Below the pieces are notes generated by a model. The model saw only the letters and a list, made by a program, of their open reading frames with translations. It did not search any database and was not told the DNA's origin. Below, in pieces: positions 12,436 through 22,789 of a DNA stretch of 64,000 nucleotides. Source of the stretch: Camelus dromedarius (taxonomy: Eukaryota). The DNA is taken from NCBI RefSeq assembly GCF_036321535.1, contig NC_087436.1:26972001-27036000 (forward strand). Direction: 5' to 3'. Both the position numbers and the translations under genes were made by a program. The number at the start of each line of letters is the position of its first letter. Position 1 is the first letter of the stretch.

Positions 12436-14639
12436 TCTAAACAACCAGGGAAGTTTTGGCATTTGCTGCAGTTTACTTATGTTCATGAACTGAAGCTTTC
12501 TCATAATTTCTGGACAGACACTAATGGTTTTCCTGTCTAGTCAGCCCTTTGGGTATTTATTAAGCCAGACTCCCAAAATGTAAAGTTAAAAGTTTTATTT
12601 GTAATAGTAGCAGTTGAAACTAATAGCTAAATTTAAGTAAAATATTGAACATATAATTTAATAATCAAACTATATTATGCTACATTCCTTTTACATACTC
12701 ATCACCATTCCATAGTTTGATTTTATGTTGGGTTATTTTTTAATCAATCTCTTTATGAACTAAAATACACTTAAGTGTTTTACAATAAAATTATGCATGT
12801 TAATATGAGGCTAAGCTATCTTAGAAAAGAATAAGATTTGTAAATCAATGTGGTATTGTTTTCATATCTTACTGGGCACCAAGATACAATTTATGAATTA
12901 GCATTTTTCCTCACCATTTGGAATCCCAGTCTAATTTTAAATGACCATTTCAATTATTACTTTCCTTTACTCATCTTTGCCTCATACGAGCAAAATTAAC
13001 TAGATTTACTAAATACGAGAATAGACAAAATCAAAGATTTGATGACACATTGGGAAAAGGATCAGGGAGTACAATAAAATTCAAAAGGAGGAGGAGAAAC
13101 GTGGTCACAAATATTTGGCAAGCTTTATTTAAGAGTATTTCTTAATGTTAGACAGTCCTCTTAAATAAAGTGACTTAAAAGAGTAGGTAAAAGTTAAAGA
13201 AAATTAAACTTAAAATTACAATTATAGATGAAGGGACTAGCATGGCAATTTAATTTGTACCAAGAGTCTTTGTTTACCAATAAATGACATACACAGTAGA
13301 ATGCATTTGTTAGCGTACATTTACCTTCAATCCTTGGTTATTGTAATATGCTTTTTGTGATTTGATTACAGAAATCATTAAGGTAGATTCATACTGAGAA
13401 AAATATTAATGATTTAATTTTGCTATCTATATTTGAGAGTAAATTCAATATAATTACACACTGTCACATATCTAAGTTATTTTTCTTACAAAATTAATCA
13501 TGCAAATAACTCTAATAGAAAATTTATATTTTTATACACAGTTATGCAGAAAATCGAGGTATGTTTTTGATTAAACATAATATGATTTTGTTTCAAAAAT
13601 CATGGACTATTCATTGTTGTGATGAGAAAATAAGCAAATATTTGAATGGGAGTCTTTCAAATATTGTACCATTTTAGCAGTAATTTAAAATATTTAAATT
13701 CATATGATAAATGAATGTGAATGTGTTAAATTCTATACACATACAAAGTTCTGGAAAATAATTTTAAATAAAGAATAAACTTTTTAAAAGTATATAAATT
13801 CTTCTGTGAAAATAAAATTATTGACATATTTCATTTAAAATACTTTACTGACCAAAAATATATATATAAAGTTTTTGGTACATATAATTATAAAACTTTT
13901 TCTTGTTTCTTTTCGTAATGAAATTTTCAAGTATATTTACATATACTGACTATAGCCAGCCTGACTTATTTAGAGAGCCTTATAAACGGAAATTATAATA
14001 CATCTTTTTTGAACAAATAAAAGCAACCTGGACAAATTCTTTTTTCCAATCAAATGAGATATTCAGAGAACTCCCAGAGAACAAGAGAAGCACTTTTCTT
14101 GAAGGAAGCATCATTTGACACTGCCTTTTAAAGACCAGAGGGACATTCTTTCCAATAATACAGGTAGATAACAAAATACAAATAGAAAAATCACCCCAGG
14201 CTGTAACAAAATACACCAGCATGGAGTTATGTTGTTTTTCATATACCTTATAAAAAGTTAAAGTCCCTCTTGTTTCAATTTTTTCAAAGACTTAGCAAAA
14301 ATCAACAAAGCCTGTTCAAGTTTATTTTCTCTGCATGACCTCCCACAATTGTTACAAACTGTAGTTTTCTGGACTCTAGATTTGAAGACCAGAACTCTGC
14401 CATATTTACTTATAAAATTAGAAATACATTGACAGTTCATATTCTATCAAAATGGTTTTATCTTAATCTGTTGTTTTTCTATACTTCATAAAAAGCTACA
14501 AATTATGTGCAGAGATAATAAATATATATAAGCAGTTCAATGTTTATTGTGTAGTTGTATGTGTTGTGAAAACACTCATGTGTATATCTAATATACATCA
14601 CACTATGTATTCTACTTAGAAGCAAAAACTCAACCATTC

Positions 14640-15010
14640 ATACTGGGACAAGAAAAAATAAAGTAAAATATAAAGTTGCCAAAGTCCACCATAGAAATCA
14701 ATGCAAAAATAATATCAATGAAGCAGAAGTTTATACATTGAAAAGAGATACAGAGTAGTAGTAATAATAAAGAAAATTCAGTTTAAGATTTAGAGGACAG
14801 GTTTTAGAATTTCAGGCAGAATTTAGGAAAAATCACGAAAAGAAGGAAGCAGAAGGAAGAAGTCAAGAGGGACAAGAGCGCTTCCACCTACAGATAACTG
14901 ATACCCCTGTATTAGAAAGTAGAACTGGAACAGAGAACATAAGCAAACAAAACACAATAATTACAATAGAAAATCTAAGAGTTAATTAAAAATGTACTCT
15001 GCTTTTAAGA
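14640..15010 (+). mobile_element. Ancient L1 ORF1 remnant
   Basis: Purine-rich. Translation ...QERFHLQITDTPVLESRTGTENI...IITIENLR loosely resembles the ORF1p RSNIxIIGVPE...ENFPxL block. Confidence 0.4.
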
Positions 15011-15589
15011 AATACCTGGAGTTGGGATGAGGAGAGAGCAGACTGTGCACCTTATAACCAGAGGTCAAGGCAGGACTTGTTGGCCTCTGCAGAGGATGAA
15101 GCATCACAGAACCCCAAAACCTGACAGGAAAAACAGATGACACATTTAGAGGGTAGGGAGGTGCGATCCCTTCCACTGATGCTGCCATTATGTTTAAGTC
15201 CCTTAGACCTGAGAAAATACTGCAGGAAGGAGAAAGAGGGAGTAATAACAATCTAGCTTCAGAAAGTATTTATCAGTAACGTTTACTGTACACAGAATTG
15301 GAGGGAGACTATTATAAAGAGTAGTGAGAACTTCTGAATGATGAATCATATAAGAACATGTGAATTTTAGGAAAGAATTTCTTCCACTGAGACAAATAAA
15401 ATTGTTTCCACATATTTGTTCTGTACCTCTCTGTGCTATTTTTCTTCTATATTGGTCTTTAAAACTAAACTTTTCCATTAAAAACAGCTTTTACAGCTAT
15501 CAGTATAATTACCTAAGGACATGCTACATTTATATATGCACTTCAGGAAAATCAGCATATTTATGAACTATTTGTATATTTAGAAATAT

Positions 15590-15680
15590 AAATGGTGTAT
15601 ATATGATATATACATATGTATGTATACATATGTATTGTATACATATAGTTATAAAAATATATATATTATACATATGAAGA
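15590..15680. repeat. (TA)/(TATG)n low-complexity tract
   Basis: tatatatgatatatacatatgtatgtatacatatg... Confidence 0.75.
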
Positions 15681-16719
15681 ACTAACTAGTGAGAGAAGAA
15701 TATGTATCCTAGGCATTTTGGATTATGATTGAAAAGTGAAGGAAACCTGAGTGTTGTGTTTTGGGTTTTTTTTTTTTGAACAAGAGTCATTTCTCTTTGA
15801 AGCTCATTCCTAAAAGTTATGTATATTGATAATCTTTTTCACTCTATATAACAATTATTTTTCAAGCAAAATACCTTCCAATGTAGTTCTTTGAGATATA
15901 ATTCTTATTTTTTATATGCGTATCTAGTAGTTCCCTGGATAATCCAATTCAGCATACTCTAAGCCTGGAAGGGTTGTCTTATTTTCATATTAGATTTGTT
16001 TAATCCATCATTGATATATTCATATGAAACCTCACCCCACATCTTGAATTTTTATAGCTATTCATCTTACATTTATAGGATATCAAATATGGAAATTAAT
16101 TGAGAATGTCCTGCAGGCATCTTTTTTTCTAGTGAGACAGAAAGGATAATTTATATCCATATATTATATTTGCAATACCTTTCTGAGTGAGTTGATTAAT
16201 GAAATATAAATTACCTTTTAAAATTCTTATATTTTCATTTTTTATGATCTAAATGACTTTTGTTCTCTGTGGCATTTATTTTAGAAGATTAAAAAAAACT
16301 TTCATTTTATTTTATGTTTCCTGTTATAAAATGTAAGTTTCAAATCCACTAAATAGAATTGAACAACTGGTGAAATTCTCATAATAAAAGGACTCACTGA
16401 AGCTCAACTTAAATCTTTACTATGAAATTCAAAAACAAAAGTAGAGACATGGACATGCTTAGTGAACAACAGTCAGTGATTTTTCGAACAAATGATTTAG
16501 GGGAGAATTAAGCTAATGAGTAGACTGTTTTCTTTTCCCTTTTCTTCTTCATCTTCTTTTTTTTTTTTTTTAATAGAGGAAGACTGCATTTAACAAGGAA
16601 TGCATTACAGCAAGGAAAGAAAAAAAAGTGAAAAGTGTCCTGCTACAAAACATCTATAATTCTAGGTAAGATGCAACATATATCATATTAAATATATGTT
16701 GGCGCTAAAACAAAATATT

Positions 16720-17185
16720 GAGGGAAAAAACACGAGCCAGTTATAAAAAGGAAATGGAATTCAGAGTGCTGAGGAGGATTTAATTTGGGGTTTGCACAGC
16801 CAGAGGGAAACAACAGGTAAGACCTTACCCCCTGAATGAAGCCAGGGCTCCAAAAATTATACATCTTAGGGGGAAGCCTGAGTTAGGGGGAAAAAAATCT
16901 ACTTACCTAGTAAGAGTGATAAGGAGAAAACTTTTCTGCTTCAACTTCATCATCAGACAGGAAAAACTTCTCTAAAAATGTATAACGAGTCTTACACTCA
17001 ACCTAGGATTCTGAAAGAAATATTATCTCTGTCATCCAGGAATCCACGAACAAATTAACATATGAGACGCTCCGAGATGGTGGTCTTCCAAGGGGGAAAA
17101 AAAAATGCAAACACAAGCACAGGTGCTCGCTCTCTAAGGAAAATTTCCTCAACTAAGTTACTTCAGGATTCCCACAGAGAAAGGA
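16720..17185 (+). mobile_element. Ancient L1 5' UTR remnant (L1M5/L1ME-like)
   Basis: aaatgcaaacac...ctctctaaggaa...caggattcccacaga resembles old L1 5' ends and is similar to 59770-59880 (gatgcaaacacctatccattctggagga). Confidence 0.5.
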
Positions 17186-17340
17186 CAGCGCTCCTCTACC
17201 AGCGAGCGCACACTCGGCCTCACGGGTCGTGGGCGGGGCTGCCTGACGCGGTTCCCGTCAGGAGGGGCAGGGTTCTCGCGAGACTGCGCAGCTCTGGTGC
17301 TCGGACTCCAGCGCCTCCGCTGAGGTGAGGTGTAGCGGGC
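17185..17340. promoter_or_regulatory. Compact CpG-rich candidate promoter (GC box, CRE-like half-sites, BANP/ZBTB33 palindrome)
   Basis: 17 CpGs counted in 17161-17340 in an otherwise CpG-depleted window. GGGCGGGG 17231-17238; CCTGACG-N7-CGTCAGG 17242-17262; TCTCGCGAGA 17274-17283; CTGCGCAG 17284-17291; GAG|GTGAGG donor after 17324. Confidence 0.68.
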
Positions 17341-17489
17341 AGCCATCTCACCCTATGAACTGTACTGAAGCGACAGGTGCAAGACCTCTGTACGCCCCAA
17401 CGTATGAGCAAGTGAAACTAGACAAGCACAAAGGAAAGGAAAGGTTAGACTTTATTTTACTACCCAGATTTTATTTTTGTTTCGTGAGA

Positions 17490-17933
17490 ATTCTTTAGAC
17501 TTTGCCGGTGACAGTGGTGGGGTTGCAACCTTGGGAGCGTCCCCGGTAAAGCCAGCCACATACATGGAGGCCCCGGGGAGGCCGAAGAAAGGGGCAGACC
17601 ACTCCTGACTGGCAGGTTGCAGGTTTCATAAACAAGGGAGCTTACACAGGAGGCTTGTCTTGAGAGGCCACAAGACGAGAGAGATCTCTGCGCCCACCCA
17701 CCAGAATCTGAAAAGTGTTTACTGAGGCCTTCACTGGGTTCAGTCACGTGCTTCATTCAGATGGTCTCAACACCCTTAGCCTTTATCTCAAGACTGTGTC
17801 CTTGGGCAGCTTCTGGACAGGGGAAGGCACGTGGAGTCCATGTTCCAAGGACAGGGCAGGGGCGCCCCAAATCGCCCAGGTCCAGCTCGATGGTCAACCA
17901 GTGGTCATACCCTCTCCGTGACTGCCCCCAACG
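17490..17933 (-). mobile_element. ERV-type solo LTR (family uncertain; left boundary approximate)
   Basis: ~450-nt GC-rich block ending abruptly at gactgcccccaacg before AT-rich DNA; overall LTR-like organisation; no clear TSD found. Confidence 0.62.
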
Positions 17934-18244
17934 TTAATACACTTTTCTACACATTACTAATTTATGAAAGTAAAAAAGTCTTCTAATATCATATATGTAT
18001 ATTTTGTTACTAAAGGAAAATTAATTTAAAACTGGGCACCATGTTTGTCCTGAATCTTTAATCATTTTAATGATTTAATCTTAGTCAATATTATTTAGAG
18101 TATTACATCTCTCATTGCTAACTTGCCTAGCAAATATAATAAAACATTAGTTGGCTTCCTTAAGGACTATCTAGAGATCTTGTTTCACTATTTAGGCATT
18201 TTAAGTAGTACCAATGAATTAATTGCTCTCAGCATCTGATTTGA

Positions 18245-18272
18245 GTTGTTTTTTGTTTTGTTTTGTTTTTTT
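18245..18272. repeat. (TTTTG)n simple repeat
   Basis: gttgttttttgttttgttttgttttttt. Confidence 0.75.
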
Positions 18273-21200
18273 CGGCCCTGGTACTTAGATTTAATTGGTA
18301 GATACAAGATGAACACATAGAGTAGAATATATATAACCCAATTTGTTTTGCCTGGGCTGATTTAATTAAGTTTTCCAGCTGAGTGAAAACACCTTTTATT
18401 CCTCAACACTTTATTTACATAATCCTAAAGCTGGCAACCTACACAAATTGGAGGTTTTCTTAGGAAATGTGGAATCTATGTCCATCTATCTTGTGTCCAA
18501 CATATATGTATAACTGGGGTCACTGCATTGAAACCCCTTGCAATTGACTAATCCAAAACCAGCTACAAAAGTTACATAAAATACAGAAATGGTGTGTTTA
18601 TTTTGAGGCAATTCATCCAGATGTATACTTATGATTTGTATACATTTCTGTGTTATACATGTAGACAAAGCCCTTTTTTTTAAGAAAGGACATGCTGCTC
18701 AGTTTTGGGATAGTTTTGAGTCCTAATAAATAACTTGCACCCCAAATACTGATTTGGTATTTGTTTCTGCAGAACCCAACCTAGTACGATTTCTACATAT
18801 ACTTTAAACTTCCTTAAAGTAACATTCAGTAAAAATAGCCATTTTAGGATACAAATAGACATGATGCATGATGCAGAAGGAAAATATAGCACTAAATCAA
18901 AAGATCACAGGTGGATTGCACATTATACATATTACGAAGATTGGCAAACAATAGTGAGGTAGTGAGAATTGAAATAGTTTCAGTTTTGTGGAGTCTGTGA
19001 GACTTAAGCTGAAGTTTGGGCAGGCTAAGTTGCACGTGGAAAGATATGAAAATATGGACAAGTGAAACAACCACAAATCTTGGCATGTAAATAAAAATGC
19101 CATGAAGTATGGAATGGAGTTACTTAGGAGTCATCTTAATGCTTTTAATATCTCATTCTGTGATATATATTTTTTAAATGTTTGGTATGCAAGATGAGGT
19201 GTCTCTCATCGCTAACTTTAACAGTCTATGTATGAAACCTCTTTTGATAGTTTCTTTACTTCATCATTTTATAATGATCAGTTCGTATTTTTAAATTGGC
19301 ATTTATTTTGGTCACCTACTGAGTTTTAACATTCAAGTCATTCTTTGTTTCTTTTAAGTTTGAAAATATTGAGAGGAATTATGTTTTTTTAAACAGTAAT
19401 TTCTCTCTTTAAAATATCCTTTCTACATTATAAAACAAACTATTTTCTGTGAATAAATTGATTTTGTATGTTTTTTCCTTTATCGTGGCAATGATATAAA
19501 ATAGTGAGAATGGGGCTTCATCAGTATGTTAAGGCTACCAAAGCTTTGTGATGAGTATATTTTCAGTGAAGTAGAGAATATCAGTTGTAAATATCGACCG
19601 TTGTTCTATTTTCTCTAAGTATTTGTTAATGAGTTCAACTTTTTTTTTTCTTCTGCCACTAATATGTATTCTCTTATTTACTTTGAACACTTTGAGTTCA
19701 TGGACATTCAAAGGGCTTTAGGATGGGTGGTCTACCTGGGACTTGTGCAGATTGATTTGTCTATTAGTCCCTCCAAGGAGTGACACTGTGCATGAAATAC
19801 ATGTGCCTTGTATTACTGGTGAAGCAGCTTTGTTACTTTTAAGGAGTTTGGTTTTATTTTTGTTTCTCTTACTGATACTTGGTAACTAATCTTCAAAGTT
19901 AATAACAGACACCTAGTGATTTGAGTGATTTTCCTGATAAAACATATCTGTATTATTTTTTTCTTCACTTGCAAAAAGTGTAAAATAATATTTTTGAGAT
20001 AATTACAGTATACAAGTATGTGGAAATGAATAATTACACATGTCATAAAGATGGGAAAGAAGAGTCTAGATAATTGTTGTAGTTTCTTTTAAAGGTGTCC
20101 TTATAAAATTATTTCCTTCTCCTTTGGGATAAGAATTAAAAGAATTCTTAGAAGTTCACCTGATGCCTTCCTGATAATAAAGTTCTGTCATTATGACAGA
20201 TAGTTATCATTTTGGTAAATTATTTCTCCCTTCTAGCATGTGTAGATGTTTTCAGTGGATGCACCTGTCTTATAAGTGTCTTCTAAAGAAAATGAAAATG
20301 ACACGACTTCAGGGGTCTGCTGGTTGAAATATTTTTTCCAATTATCTGTGTCAGCACAGAGAGAAATAATGTTAATTCTGACCTAAAGATATGGTTCAAG
20401 AAGCTTTTCTTCATGCATTCTTACAGTTCTCATTGATCTTTTTTAAGTGAAGGCCACTTAGCAAATTTCCTCCAGTAAGTTCCTATCTTTTTTTTCTTCA
20501 AGTTTTTGAATTCTTCCTACATTTTCTCTGTTAGTGATATTGCAGATGGCAGGTAATTGGCATTGTTACTCTTGTCCTCATTATCACTGTAGATTTTGAA
20601 AAACAATCTAGCAGAGTGCAAGATTCCAAGTTAACTGTCAGTTATATTCTTACTGAACAGAAAGAGCATCTGGCTTTCTAAACTGATTACAGACCTAAAC
20701 CTGAGATGAATGTTTTAAAATATATTGTAACTTCATAATCTTGGAAATAATATTAATTATAGATACAATATCAATTTTCAGTTTCTTATACAAAAAAAAT
20801 TTTGGGGGAGAAGAATGTATTTTTTATTTATAGAGAATTGTTACATGAAAAATGCTTAGAAATACTAAATTTAGGATAACAACTTACATATGCTTTAAGA
20901 CTTTTCAGATATAATAGAACTTATAAATGCCAATTATTTATTGTGCATCAGTGAACATGAAGCTATATGTTAAACCTGATTATTCTAGTAAATTAAAACA
21001 TTACAAAGCTCACAGTGCAATTCCAAATTCTTTGTCAAATCATAAAAACTGGCACACTCTTTAATCCCCAAAACACATAATATGTATAAAAGTTCAGGTC
21101 TAAGATATTTCATAGTATCATTTACAGAAGTAATATTTGGAAACATATAATATACAATAGAAAATGATTGCATACGCATTTTAGCCCATGTATATGATAC

Positions 21201-22131
21201 AATGTATATTTTGGTTAATCTTACCTTTATTTTAAGTACATTTGTTGGCATAAAATATAAGCATGATACATTATGTATAAAAGTTACAAAATAATATGTA
21301 CAGGAAAATGTTCCTCAGCATTTATTCAAAATCTGCAGGATTACATGCAAAATATATTTTCAGTAGTAGTACTATTGTTAATTTTAATCTTCCTTGTGAT
21401 TATGCATGTTTGTTAACTTACAGTGCTGAAAATAAGGTTCAGTAATAATGATGATGATAATGAAAATTATTATTAGTGTTATATTAATGGTAAGCACACA
21501 GTTTCAGTGTTCTTCATTTTTCCAATGTTTCTCATTTTTATGAAATGCACACAGATAAAAAAATAATTTTGTAGCAGCCTTAACTAAACTGTAAAGAAAC
21601 CTGGACATCAATATAGGGCAAGGTGAAAATTTCTTTTACTGTCTCATAATTCTATTCAGATTAATTAAATACATATTTTAATAATATTAAATATTTAAAA
21701 CAATATTTTAAATATTTAGTTTGTAAAATACCTCAAAATAAAATATTTTCAAATCTTATAATGATAAAGTTAAGCTTGCTTCTATAAATATAATTTTTAA
21801 TATTAAATGTAGTGGTTGCATTGAGCTGCTAATTCAACTTTTTAAAAGATTGTTTACATTCTGAGGGAGTCTAAATTGATAAGAAACTCTCAGTAGAGAC
21901 AGGTGGTAGCAAAAGGCAGAAGAATATTTCGTAGTTTTTCTCTAATTGACAGAAACCGTTTTTATCTTTATTAACTAGCATTTTGCCATCTTAACTTATA
22001 AAAATTTATTATAAGGGTGGAATTTTTCTGTAGTTTATCAACCCTTTTTTAATTGAACAATATAATGATGAAGTTAACTATAATAATACAAATTAAATAT
22101 GAATACAAGAAATTTCCACCAAAATGGGATA

Positions 22132-22175
22132 ATTATAATGAATTATAATTATAATTCATTATAATGAATTATAAT
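22132..22175. repeat. Overlapping perfect AT-rich palindromes (34 bp and 28 bp)
   Basis: attataatgaattataa|ttataattcattataat (22132-22165) and attataattcatta|taatgaattataat (22148-22175). Confidence 0.9.
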
Positions 22176-22789
22176 GAAGCTTTTTTTTTTAAAGTTTACA
22201 TAGGTACTGCTCTACTAGTTCTAATGACTTATCTTTAAATGCTATTCAAACAACTTGGGGCATTTTATAACATACTCAAAGTTGATTGTTGCTCTAAATT
22301 CATAAAATGTGTCAGAACATTTTCCTGTATTTTAACACAGTGGTTGTAATTTTCAATTACATTTATTCAGGTGTTAAAAACTTTCAGCTTGCAAATCAGT
22401 TTTGGAGGCAAAAAAAAATTCCTTTAAAAACCTGAAAAATCAGAGTCACCCTCACAGTATTTTGAAATATTTTGATTATAAGCTCTTGATAAAACTCTTC
22501 CTCTAGATAGCAATGAATTTCATCATGAAATTACAAAGAGTAATATGCTATTTCTTCTTATAAACCAGAAAACTATATGAACTATATAAACATCAGTGTC
22601 ATTAGTCATTGCATTTGCTCACTGAAATTAGCAAATTCATATATATAAAGTGTTTATCTATGTATAATTAATGTTATCTATGTAAAACTTGGATTTTGTA
22701 TGGATGTAGGACTTTGTTCAGGCATGTATTTATGTCATTCTTCAAATTAAAAAAATACAAAAATTAGTAAGAAGGCCAAATTGTTTCTT

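Noticed and set aside
13980..14440. Minus-strand ORFs of 80 and 60 aa
   Set aside because: No recognisable homology or coherent exon structure; lengths are within chance expectation.
14770..14990. Start-less open frame of about 70 codons, rich in E/K/R
   Set aside because: Better explained as a decayed L1 ORF1 region; no convincing flanking splice sites.
17062..17411. Three overlapping Arg/Ala/Pro-rich ORFs over the CpG cluster
   Set aside because: Expected from high GC (few stops); no recognisable domain.
20546..20681. Spliced mini-ORF MADFEKQSSRV... using the donor at 20553 and the acceptor at 20592
   Set aside because: The implied intron is only 40 nt, too short for mammalian splicing.
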